Source of the DNA: Bacteroidota bacterium
GTDB taxonomy: Bacteria; Bacteroidota; Bacteroidia; Chitinophagales; BACL12
Assembly: GCA_043727235.1 (NCBI GenBank)
Contig: JAYSYX010000051.1
Coordinates: 1-44,466 of the forward strand
Length of the DNA: 44,466 nucleotides
Direction: 5' to 3'
The notes below the pieces were generated by a model that saw only the letters and a list, made by a program, of their open reading frames with translations, made no database searches and had not been told where the DNA came from. Both the position numbers and the translations under genes were made by a program. The first letter of the stretch is position 1; each line of letters opens with the position of its first letter. Shown in pieces: positions 1 to 9,126 of this stretch.

Positions 1-23
1 TCTTTTATTTTGATTTGTACCAT

Positions 24-58
24 TATTGAGACCTTCGCTAAAAGCGAAAGCCTCAATA
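24..58 (-). other. 16-bp stem-loop (terminator-like or REP-like)
   Basis: Minus strand TATTGAGGCTTTCGCT-TTT-AGCGAAGGTCTCAATA pairs fully with two G-U wobbles; no U tract follows. Confidence 0.55.
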
Positions 59-209
59 CTCTCCCAGAAGACCTTTCAATCAAAGAAATCACAGAACTCT
101 AGACTTTCTTGAATTTCGATAGAAAATTCATTTCCCTCGGAGGAAAAAATCTTTAGATTTAGATTTGGTTAAATCACATATTAAATAAAAATTTCGCAAG
201 AAATTTAAA

Positions 210-237
210 CTCCTTACTCCTCACTCCTTTCTCCTCA
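210..237. repeat. Heptamer tandem array, 4 units, overlapping the uvrC stop codon
   Basis: Plus strand CTCCTTA-CTCCTCA-CTCCTTT-CTCCTCA. Confidence 0.85.
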
Positions 238-2046
238 CTTCAGAGGCAGAACCTCGGGATTAAAATAATTATTAATCAACTCCGCCTTAGCCTTCCCCAC
301 AACTTTAACAAGTTCTTCCACCGGAGTATTTTTAATTCGTTTCACAGATTTAAATTCTTTCATCAAAGATGCCTTTGCTTTATCTCCTATTCCTTTAATA
401 TTATCAAGTTCAGAAGTAATTGCAGCATTACTTCTTTTTAAACGATGAAACGTAATTGCAAAACGATGCGCTTCATCGCGCATTTGTTGAATAACTTTCA
501 AACTCTCACTTTTTTTATTGATATATAAAGGAGTTTGATCATCAGGAAAATATATTTCTTCCAACTTTTTTGCAATAGAACAAATTGCAACCATTCCATA
601 AATATTTAATTCTTTCAACGCATCAACAGCTGCCGACAATTGTCCTTTGCCGCCATCCACCACTATTAATTGCGGAAGCGGTGTTGCCTCCTCCAGCTTG
701 CGTTTATACCTTCTGAAAACGATCTCATGCATACTCGCAAAATCATCGGGGCCAATAACTGTTTTAATATTAAAATGACGATAATCTTTTTTGCTTGGTC
801 TTGCATTTTTAAAACAAACCATACTTGCTACTGGATTTGTTCCCTGTATATTTGAATTATCAAAACATTCAATGTGGTAAGGAAGGGTAGTTAATTTGAA
901 GTCATTTTTAATGGTTTCAAGAATGCGTGTATTTTTATTTTTCGCATCGCGTTTTTCTTTTCCTGCTTCCCTTTCTTCCCTGACATACAAAGCATTTTTA
1001 AATGCGAGATCGAGCAATTTCTTTTTTTCACCCGCCAGCGGAATTGTTTGAAGTATGGAGTCATCACTTAATTCTGATTTTAGTGGTACAATTATTTCTT
1101 TTGCATCACTATGGAATTGTAAACGTAATTCAGTAATTGCAATACTTAATAATTCCTCCTTCGATTCATCCAGTTTTTTAATGAGCTCCAGTGTTTTGGC
1201 CTGAGTTACCATACCCTGCATTATTTTGAGATATCCTATTACGGCAAAATTTCCTGCATCCGCAATACTAAAAACATCTACATTGTCGATACTTGTGTTA
1301 ACCACTGTACTTCTGCCCTGATAGTCCTCTATACTCGCAAGCTTTTTGTTTAATTCTTCTGCAGCCTCAAATTCCAATAGCTCTGCATGTTGTTGCATTT
1401 TTTGTTTAAAGCTGCTTTTTACAAAACTCAAATTGCCTTTCAGAATATTGACAATATTTTGAACATTATCCATGTATTCTTTTTCAGTCATCAATCCCTC
1501 ACATGGTCCCTTGCAATTTCCTAAATGATATTCAAGACAAATCTTGAATTTGTGATTTTTAATATTTGTTTCCGATAAAACATAATTGCATGTGCGAATG
1601 GGAAAAACGGATTTTATGAATTCAAAAATGGATCGTACTTTTCCTTTTGAGGTGAATGGCCCGAGGTATTGTGAACCATCTTCTATCCTTTTGCGGGTAA
1701 AAAATATTCTGGGAAATCGTTCATTTTTTATTACGATATATGGGTATGTTTTATCGTCCTTTAAATTTACATTGTATTTAGGTTGCTGATTTTTAATTAA
1801 TGTATTTTCTAATAAAAATGCATCCGATTCTGAATTAACAATAGTAAATTCTATTTTTTCAATTTGTTTCACCATTAATTTAATTCGTCCACTGTAATCG
1901 GTCTTTTGAAAATAACTGCTCACCCGCTTTTTTAAATTTTTGGCTTTTCCTACATATAATATTTTATTCTCCTTATCGTAATATCGGTATATTCCCGGTT
2001 TTGACGGAAGGGTAATTTCAATATTATTGAATTGATCCAAATTCAT
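235..2046 (-). CDS. uvrC: Excinuclease ABC subunit C
   Basis: N-terminal GIY-YIG domain (PGIYRY..YVGKAKNLKKRV), PKYNVNLKDDKTYPY, RNase H-like ECFDNS and DGGKGQL, RDEAHRFA, C-terminal HhH (IKGIG). Confidence 0.98.
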   Translation of the reverse strand: MNLDQFNNIEITLPSKPGIYRYYDKENKILYVGKAKNLKKRVSSYFQKTDYSGRIKLMVKQIEKIEFTIVNSESDAFLLENTLIKNQQPKYNVNLKDDKTYPYIVIKNERFPRIFFTRKRIEDGSQYLGPFTSKGKVRSIFEFIKSVFPIRTCNYVLSETNIKNHKFKICLEYHLGNCKGPCEGLMTEKEYMDNVQNIVNILKGNLSFVKSSFKQKMQQHAELLEFEAAEELNKKLASIEDYQGRSTVVNTSIDNVDVFSIADAGNFAVIGYLKIMQGMVTQAKTLELIKKLDESKEELLSIAITELRLQFHSDAKEIIVPLKSELSDDSILQTIPLAGEKKKLLDLAFKNALYVREEREAGKEKRDAKNKNTRILETIKNDFKLTTLPYHIECFDNSNIQGTNPVASMVCFKNARPSKKDYRHFNIKTVIGPDDFASMHEIVFRRYKRKLEEATPLPQLIVVDGGKGQLSAAVDALKELNIYGMVAICSIAKKLEEIYFPDDQTPLYINKKSESLKVIQQMRDEAHRFAITFHRLKRSNAAITSELDNIKGIGDKAKASLMKEFKSVKRIKNTPVEELVKVVGKAKAELINNYFNPEVLPLK

Positions 2047-2051
2047 TAATG

Positions 2052-2059
2052 CAAATATA
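2052..2059 (-). promoter_or_regulatory. Bacteroidota -7 promoter box for uvrC
   Basis: TATATTTG on the minus strand, 5 nt before the ATG at 2046. Confidence 0.6.
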
Positions 2060-2179
2060 ACTGGTTGTGATTTCCTTAACAGGAACTAAATTTCAGAGGA
2101 CATATCTAATGTCTCTTGGGTTGAAAAATGAAATTATAAATTTGCCGAAGACGGATAACAAATTGCAATTCAATTTTTT

Positions 2180-4468
2180 TTAATTATATCCCTCCATCAA
2201 CTCCTCATATTCGTTGATCTGATTATAATTGTATTTACCACAATTTAGTTCTATTGTAGGCGTACCTTCAAAGGGAGAAAATTTAGCTGCCGGATCAATA
2301 CCGAGCGCTTTATCTGCATAAACCCGTTTCATAAATAGTCCGTAAATAGGCAGAGCCATATTTGCACCCTGTCCTAAAGCAGTGGAACGGAAATGCACTA
2401 CGGGATCATCAGCTCCAACCCATACACCACAAACCAATTGTGGAACCATTCCCATGAACCATCCATCTGTATTTTCTTGGGTAGTTCCTGTTTTACCGGC
2501 CACTTCAGAGGTTATTCCACCATATTCTTGTCGACGCAATCTTTGACCGGTTCCGTTGTTTACCACATATTTCATCATTTCCAACATTACCGCAGAAATT
2601 TCTTCGCGCATTACTTCCACTCTTTTTGCGGGAAATTCCGCTATTATATTGCCATTTTTATCTTCAATTCTCGAAACAAAAACAGGGCGAACCGCAACAC
2701 CTTTGTTTGCATATGCCGAATAGGCTGCCGTCATTTCATAAACTGTTACTTCCGGTGTTCCCAAACAAATGGAAGGTTGAAATGGAATTTCTGATTCTAT
2801 ACCCATATTTTGTGCAAGATCAATAACCGGTTGAATTCCAACCTCCCGCAATAAATAAGCCGTTACTGTATTTACTGATTTTCCAAGGCCCTGCGAAAGC
2901 GTTAACATACCACCATAACTTCCATCCGAATTTTTAGGGGTCCAATCGCTCACAAGACTCCATTTTTTACCCTTCTCGAAGGTGACAGGAAGATTTGGTA
3001 TCTTATAACAGGGTGAAAATCCTTTATCAGCAATAGCTGCCGTGTAAACAAATGGTTTAAATGTTGAACCAACCTGACGGCCTTGGGCAGGTTTTACGTG
3101 GTCCAATTGAAAATAACGCATATCAACTCCGCCTACCCAGGCTTTAATTTCACCGGTATGTGGATCCATTGCCATAAAACCGGGCTGGAGGATCTTCTTT
3201 ACATATTTGATGGAATCATATGGCGACATTACTGTATCCAGATCATAATTTTTCGCAAACCATGAAAAAACGGTCATGGTGTCCTTAACCTGAAACGCTT
3301 TATTTATTTCTTCTTCACTTTTACCTGATTTTTTCATTTTGCGATAACGCTCGCTTTGTTTAACCGCATTATCAATTAATCCCGGATTTGTGCGACCACT
3401 ATATGGGTATGCCCAGGGTTCATATTTGTTGCCTTTCCAGTGAGTATAAAAATCCTTTTGTAATTTGGTAAGCCACTGACTCGTTGCCTGTTCAGCATAA
3501 CTTTGCATACGGCTATCGATAGTTGTGTAGATCTTTAATCCATCTTTATAAATATCCCATTTCCCACCGTCGGGTTTTTCATTTTCTTCTACCCAATCAG
3601 CAAGCCATTGACGCAAATATTCTCTGAAATAAGTTCCGTTTCCAGCTTTGTGATCTTGTCTTTTAAAATCCAGTGTAATTGGTTTTTGTTTATATAGGTC
3701 AAAATCTGCCTTACTTAGATCTCCGGTTTCAACCATGGAATACAATACTATATTTCTTCTTTCCATGCATCTTTCAGGAAACCGCACCGGGTTAAAAAGG
3801 GAGGGATTATTTACCATGCCAACCAGTATTGCCGACTCATCAATTGTAAGTGAGTCTACTGTTTTATTAAAAAAAGTTTTGGAAGCAGTTTTAATTCCGC
3901 TTGCATCATAAATGTATGGAATGGTATTCAAATACATTACAATTATTTCCTCTTTAGTATATCTGCGTTCAAGTTTAGCTGCAGTTACCCATTCTTTTAA
4001 TTTAATTACTGCGAGTGAAAATTTATTACTTGCAACCGGTCGGCCATATAAATTTTTTGCAAGTTGTTGAGTAAGAGTACTTCCACCCCCTGCTTCTTCC
4101 TGTCGCAATATGAGCGTTTTAATAATCACACGCATAACACTTTTTGCATCAATTCCGCTGTGATCATAAAAACGCCTGTCTTCAGTGGCAATTAATGCTT
4201 CAATTAAATGCGGAGGAATTTCTTTTAAAGTGGCATTTGTTCTGTTTTCTCTGTAAAATCTTCCCAATAATTCTCCGTCAGAAGTTAATATTTGAGTTGC
4301 AAGGCTACTTTGAGGATTTTCCAATTCGTCGAATGAAGGTAATTTCCCAAAAACACCTAGTGATAATAAAAGAACAAATAATGCCATTACCCCGGCACCG
4401 ATAAAAAAGATCCGCCAAAACCATTTTATCTGTTTTTTATATACAGCTATTTCTTCTTTTACCGACAT
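2180..4468 (-). CDS. mrcA: Class A penicillin-binding protein (PBP1A; transglycosylase/transpeptidase)
   Basis: N-terminal TM helix; GT51 motifs ATEDRRF and GGSTLTQQLAKNL; transpeptidase motifs STFK, SVN, KTG. Confidence 0.93.
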   Translation of the reverse strand: MSVKEEIAVYKKQIKWFWRIFFIGAGVMALFVLLLSLGVFGKLPSFDELENPQSSLATQILTSDGELLGRFYRENRTNATLKEIPPHLIEALIATEDRRFYDHSGIDAKSVMRVIIKTLILRQEEAGGGSTLTQQLAKNLYGRPVASNKFSLAVIKLKEWVTAAKLERRYTKEEIIVMYLNTIPYIYDASGIKTASKTFFNKTVDSLTIDESAILVGMVNNPSLFNPVRFPERCMERRNIVLYSMVETGDLSKADFDLYKQKPITLDFKRQDHKAGNGTYFREYLRQWLADWVEENEKPDGGKWDIYKDGLKIYTTIDSRMQSYAEQATSQWLTKLQKDFYTHWKGNKYEPWAYPYSGRTNPGLIDNAVKQSERYRKMKKSGKSEEEINKAFQVKDTMTVFSWFAKNYDLDTVMSPYDSIKYVKKILQPGFMAMDPHTGEIKAWVGGVDMRYFQLDHVKPAQGRQVGSTFKPFVYTAAIADKGFSPCYKIPNLPVTFEKGKKWSLVSDWTPKNSDGSYGGMLTLSQGLGKSVNTVTAYLLREVGIQPVIDLAQNMGIESEIPFQPSICLGTPEVTVYEMTAAYSAYANKGVAVRPVFVSRIEDKNGNIIAEFPAKRVEVMREEISAVMLEMMKYVVNNGTGQRLRRQEYGGITSEVAGKTGTTQENTDGWFMGMVPQLVCGVWVGADDPVVHFRSTALGQGANMALPIYGLFMKRVYADKALGIDPAAKFSPFEGTPTIELNCGKYNYNQINEYEELMEGYN

Positions 4469-4477
4469 ATACTAATA

Positions 4478-7093
4478 TTAATCTTTTAAATAATTATCCT
4501 CGAAGAAAACTTCGTATCCCGAAACATCCTTTGCTTTATAGAACTGCACATAATTTGATTTAGAAATTACCATAGGGGTAAATGTATCCTTTGTGAGTTC
4601 ATTAAAAACAGCTGTGTTATCTTTAATTGTATAAAAATAGGTAAGAGCTTTAGCTGCGCCGGTAAATGATTTTACCATAATAATACTGTTTTCTTTACCG
4701 AGTAATAAACTGCTGATCTTCAAATTATCAGTATCGAAATTGGCAGCATCGAAGGTTGCTATATTATTTTTCATGGTTGTAGCTTCCTTGCCGGTTGAAG
4801 CCATAACAAATAAAAAGTAATGTTCTTCCTCCGGTTTATAAGTATAAGTAATTGTAGGTGCTACTTTTTCCACGGCGTCCATCACACTCCCTCTGCGCAA
4901 ATAGTCTAGAATTTCCTGTGCGCGAATTCCAACTTCATGTGTCGGATATTTTATAGCTACTTTTTGTAATTCATTTTTGAAAATATCAATGCTGTCGACT
5001 TCTGCAAAGGTTAATGCATTTAGCATATCAAACTTTGGTTTTAAAGGATTTGGCACGAACAAACTATCCGCAATATGAGATCTGTTTTTTACTTCAACAT
5101 AATTTTTCTCCTGAAGCAAGTCATAGGTTTGTGTATAATAAATATCCAGAGCATTTTTTTTGTCATCCCTTTTTTTGAAAAAGTCGGGATCTGCGATAAT
5201 TCTAGCATAATCTGATTCCGGATATTTTGATAGAATAGCATTTTTATACATTTCCTGTTTTGGATTTCCGGTCAGCCTGTATAATTGGTAATAGGCTTGA
5301 ACTTCATAGTAATTTGCGGGAAAGTCTGTTACATTCTCTTCAAAATATTCAATTGCTTTAGGTTTGTTCGAGAAGTTCTCCTTATAAATTATTCCGGCTC
5401 TGTATAATGCACCTGCAATTTTAGCATTGGATGCTGCTAATTGTTCCGGAGTTTTTGGAAGACTTGCAATAATTGCATCTATGGTAATATTTTTTCCGGT
5501 AAGATCGATAGTTTTCGTACCGGCAGTATCCACAACTACAGTTTCTTCTTCACCAAAACTTCCTTTTTCACTTCTTCTCCAATTATCTTCAAGTTTACGT
5601 GTATCCCATTTTTTCTTGAATTCAGAAAAACCGCGTGAGCGCAATGTGATATTATAAAAATAAAAATCGCCTCCTGTAGTGGTTCCAGCTTGCACAACAT
5701 TATTCGGATCAATAATTTCGTTATTTAAAGTATCCTTTTCTTCCTCCTCCACAATAATTTTCTCTAATTCCTTGAGCAATTCTTTTTCTGATAGTCCGGC
5801 CCAATATTGTAATTTTTTTTCTGTTTCAATAATGGTCAATTCATCCACTAATAATTTTAAATTATCGCGCAACAATTTAACTTCTTCAAAACGAGGCTGA
5901 TCTTTCGGGAGATTTAATATAGTGCTGTCATAATATGCATAAGCTGATTTATATTCCACATCTGCATAATAAATATCGCCAAGCCGCATATATGAAATTC
6001 CTTTTTGTTTTCCTTCATTTGTACTTCTTATTGATTTATTCAGATATTCCATTCCGAGTTCCTTCTGTTTGTCGGCAAGAGCAATATCGGCAAGGGTATA
6101 ATAAATCAAACCATAAAATTCAATATACTTTTCGTCTTTAAGTAAACTTAATAATTCATCTTTAGATTCTTTTCCTGAGACACCATAATTTTGCATGGTT
6201 AATTTAGCCATATTCAACTTGGCATAAAAATCCATGTCGTAGGTAGGTTTACCATCTAATACCAATTGATAGGTGGCTAGTGCTTTTTCGTAGTTGTTTT
6301 GTTCGGTGTATAATTGTGCTAAAATAAAATTATAACGAACTACCATTTTTTTGTCATCCGTATTTTCAATTGCAGCCATTAATGGCTCAATTGCATTTGT
6401 ACGTTGATTTTCTTTAATATAACAATCAGCTTCAACAGAATATAATTCCCCCAATAACCAGGTTGGAAAATTGTCCCGACTCTTTAACACACTTAAAACA
6501 GTATGTGCATCGCTGTATTTTTTTTGTTCTATCAATGAACGCGCTACCCAAATACCAGCCTGACTGGCAACCGGCTGATGTTTAAGTCTTTCGAAAAAAT
6601 TTAACTCTCCGTCCTCATCCTCCTTAACCCTTTTGTTTTCTGATTGTTTTTCAATAATATCTGAATATTCAGAAACAATATATTGAAATGTGCTTAGAGC
6701 ATCCTCATAATTCCGCTTGTAAAAACTCGATTTTCCGATCAGGTAATAACTATCATCCACCCATTTGCTCTTTTTATGCATTTGTATAACAAAAGAGGTC
6801 TTTTTTACAATTTCATCCATAGCAGGTTGAACTCCTGAAGCCTGTTCCTGTGTGCCATATTTGAAAATGGGTAATATTTCTTCATAATTATCAGTTTGTC
6901 CCTCCCAAAGGGTACGTTCATTTTCCTTCATGCTTAAACGGGCATTAAAATAGCCGTTATCCCTTGCAATCAGGTCATCAATGCTCCTTACAACGATATT
7001 TTTATTGCCATTTTTGCTCGAACTGCAGGCAGAAACAAAAAAAAGAATTAAAATTGTAGCGATAAATAGGGAAAAATTTCGTTTCACAGTCAA
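4478..7093 (-). CDS. porW: TPR lipoprotein, T9SS component SprE/PorW family
   Basis: Lipobox VSAC; ARDNGYFNA, SKWVDDSYYLIGK, FYFYN..G..EFKKKW..RKLEDNWRRS motifs recalled from SprE/PorW; TPR-like helices. Start could be TTG 7093 or GTG 7087. Confidence 0.8.
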   Translation of the reverse strand: MTVKRNFSLFIATILILFFVSACSSSKNGNKNIVVRSIDDLIARDNGYFNARLSMKENERTLWEGQTDNYEEILPIFKYGTQEQASGVQPAMDEIVKKTSFVIQMHKKSKWVDDSYYLIGKSSFYKRNYEDALSTFQYIVSEYSDIIEKQSENKRVKEDEDGELNFFERLKHQPVASQAGIWVARSLIEQKKYSDAHTVLSVLKSRDNFPTWLLGELYSVEADCYIKENQRTNAIEPLMAAIENTDDKKMVVRYNFILAQLYTEQNNYEKALATYQLVLDGKPTYDMDFYAKLNMAKLTMQNYGVSGKESKDELLSLLKDEKYIEFYGLIYYTLADIALADKQKELGMEYLNKSIRSTNEGKQKGISYMRLGDIYYADVEYKSAYAYYDSTILNLPKDQPRFEEVKLLRDNLKLLVDELTIIETEKKLQYWAGLSEKELLKELEKIIVEEEEKDTLNNEIIDPNNVVQAGTTTGGDFYFYNITLRSRGFSEFKKKWDTRKLEDNWRRSEKGSFGEEETVVVDTAGTKTIDLTGKNITIDAIIASLPKTPEQLAASNAKIAGALYRAGIIYKENFSNKPKAIEYFEENVTDFPANYYEVQAYYQLYRLTGNPKQEMYKNAILSKYPESDYARIIADPDFFKKRDDKKNALDIYYTQTYDLLQEKNYVEVKNRSHIADSLFVPNPLKPKFDMLNALTFAEVDSIDIFKNELQKVAIKYPTHEVGIRAQEILDYLRRGSVMDAVEKVAPTITYTYKPEEEHYFLFVMASTGKEATTMKNNIATFDAANFDTDNLKISSLLLGKENSIIMVKSFTGAAKALTYFYTIKDNTAVFNELTKDTFTPMVISKSNYVQFYKAKDVSGYEVFFEDNYLKD

Positions 7094-7172
7094 TAGTTTG
7101 ATGCCGGATATATAACTTATTTCCTACAAAAATATTTTAAAATAAGTAAATAAAATAGCGTTTTACGCAGTA

Positions 7173-8054
7173 ATGGCGAAAGGTAACAAAAAAACCAATC
7201 TTTGGTTGGAGAAATTGCGCACCAAATACAAGTTAGTGCTCATGCACGACAAGACTTTTGAGGTGCAAACATCTCTGCGTTTAAGCTTGTTGAATGTGAT
7301 CATACTTTTCAGCACTTTATTGGTGGTTGTTGGGATGATCGTGTATTTAGCCATTGTTTTTACGCCCCTGAAGAATCTGGTTGTTGGTTACAGCGAGGTA
7401 AATACCACCCGGCAGATAACCAGAAACAATAAGATCACCGATTCTATGCTGCTTTCACTTAAGGCTTACGACATATACTTTGCCAACCTTCAAAAACGAT
7501 TGAGTGGAGAAATTGACACAATTGTTCCCCTTGATAGCATTGAAAAAAAGAATTACTCCGATATTAAGATTGCAGAAGCCTCAGAAATTGACAAAATGCT
7601 GCGGGATCAGGTGTCACAAGAGGATCTTTTTAATTTGAGTCTGGCTGACCCTCGTGAGGTTACCAGTGATCAAAACCTGGAATCTCTGCACTTTTTCCCG
7701 CCTGTGAAGGGCTCTGTAACCTCCGAATTCAGCTCAAGGGAGAAACATTATGGTATTGATATCGTAGCTCCTGAAAACACTCCTGTAAAGGCTTGTCTTG
7801 GTGGAGTTGTTATTGACAGTTATTGGAGCCTTGAAAGCGGAAATGTGATCATTCTGCAGCATGACCACGGGCTTATTTCTTTTTATAAACATAATTCGCA
7901 GATATTAAAAAAAATCGGAAATACAGTAAAAGCCGGTGATGTTATAGCGGTGATAGGCAATACAGGTGAAATGAGCAGCGGCCCACATCTGCATTTTGAA
8001 CTCTGGCATCAAAAAAATCCAATAAATCCAAAAGATTATATTAACTTCAACTAA
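7173..8054 (+). CDS. M23 family metallo-endopeptidase, membrane anchored
   Basis: HYGID (HxxxD) and GPHLHFE (HxH) zinc motifs; one N-terminal TM segment. Confidence 0.93.
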   Translation: MAKGNKKTNLWLEKLRTKYKLVLMHDKTFEVQTSLRLSLLNVIILFSTLLVVVGMIVYLAIVFTPLKNLVVGYSEVNTTRQITRNNKITDSMLLSLKAYDIYFANLQKRLSGEIDTIVPLDSIEKKNYSDIKIAEASEIDKMLRDQVSQEDLFNLSLADPREVTSDQNLESLHFFPPVKGSVTSEFSSREKHYGIDIVAPENTPVKACLGGVVIDSYWSLESGNVIILQHDHGLISFYKHNSQILKKIGNTVKAGDVIAVIGNTGEMSSGPHLHFELWHQKNPINPKDYINFN

Positions 8055-8066
8055 AATTTAAAAACT

Positions 8067-8477
8067 ATGTTTGGAAATAAAAATTCAACCACCCAGTCTG
8101 CACCCAACTCTTTTATTTCAAACAGGATCAATTTAGGAACTATTGTAGAAGGAACAATAGAAAGTGATGGCGACCTCAGGATTGAGGGTACCATTCGCGG
8201 AACTTTGCGAACAAAGGCAAAGGTTGCGGTAGGTCCTACCGGATTGATAGAGGGAGATGTTCATTGTAAAAGCGCGGATATTGAAGGAAGAATAACCGGT
8301 GATATTGAAGTTAGTGAGGTTTTAACATTAAAAGCTTCGTCCATTGTGGAAGGAAATATATATACTTCCAAGATTGTTATTGAAAACGGCGCTCATTTCG
8401 ATGGCATTTGTAATATGGGTGCTAAGGAAACTAAGATAGTAGATGCCAGACCGCAATACCAGGAAGCCACGATTTGA
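8067..8477 (+). CDS. Bactofilin (polymer-forming cytoskeletal protein, CcmA family)
   Basis: Beta-helical G-x-I-x-G pattern (GTIVEGTIESDGDLRIEG..IENGAHFDGICNM); follows an M23 gene. Confidence 0.93.
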   Translation: MFGNKNSTTQSAPNSFISNRINLGTIVEGTIESDGDLRIEGTIRGTLRTKAKVAVGPTGLIEGDVHCKSADIEGRITGDIEVSEVLTLKASSIVEGNIYTSKIVIENGAHFDGICNMGAKETKIVDARPQYQEATI

Positions 8478-8667
8478 TAATTATTTTAAATATTCTGCAA
8501 TGGCATTTCAGTTGTTTGCAGGGATATTTATCGGCGTGTGGGGCGGTATTAAACTAGATGCGTTATTGAACACTGAGCCGTGGTTTACGGTTATACTTTC
8601 ATTACTGGGGGTAGCCGCAGGGTTATACGCTGTACTCAAAGACTTTATTAAACCAAATAAGAAATGA
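8443..8667 (+). CDS. AtpZ/AtpI family small membrane protein
   Basis: 74 aa, two TM helices, KYSAMAFQ..GGIKLD..PWF..SLLGV pattern; overlaps bactofilin by 35 nt. Confidence 0.8.
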   Translation: MPDRNTRKPRFDNYFKYSAMAFQLFAGIFIGVWGGIKLDALLNTEPWFTVILSLLGVAAGLYAVLKDFIKPNKK

Positions 8668-8715
8668 TTATTTTGATTTCAAAAAGTAATATTCAAATTA
8701 TATAAATTTATTTTC

Positions 8716-9126
8716 ATGATATTGGGTGCCTTTAAACGATTGATTTTATTTGCTGTATTTATTGCTGCAATACTATTTATTTTGAGTTTTTTCAAAAATT
8801 TCAAAACAGTAATGAATTTTGGATGGGTATTATATTTTGTTTTTCTCGTATTGAGTTTTGCAACTTTATATTTATCAGGAAAAACAATGTCGGGAAAGTT
8901 TAGTGGGTTTATGAATATTTTTTTTGTGAGCATTTTTTCAAAGTTGGTCATTACCGCTATTATTGTAATGGTTTATAAAAAAAATGCAGAACCAACTTCT
9001 GATCTAAATTTTATAATTCCATTTGCAATAATTTATTTTTCCTTTTTATTTTTTGAAACATATGAACTTGTGAAGATGTCGAGGAGGATTGGCAATAATC
9101 AAAAAAATGCGACAAGTAAAAAATGA
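8716..9126 (+). CDS. Four-TM membrane protein, ATP synthase protein I-like
   Basis: Four hydrophobic segments, F...SKL and Y..FL.FE motifs; position after atpZ-like gene. Confidence 0.6.
   Translation: MILGAFKRLILFAVFIAAILFILSFFKNFKTVMNFGWVLYFVFLVLSFATLYLSGKTMSGKFSGFMNIFFVSIFSKLVITAIIVMVYKKNAEPTSDLNFIIPFAIIYFSFLFFETYELVKMSRRIGNNQKNATSKK

Noticed and set aside
1-23. Possible minus-strand gene start MVQIKIK running off the window
   Set aside because: Only 7 codons visible; cannot be supported.
2137-2144. Plus-strand TAAATTTG box pointing antisense into the PBP1A 3' end
   Set aside because: This 6-base pattern arises often by chance in AT-rich DNA and has no other support.
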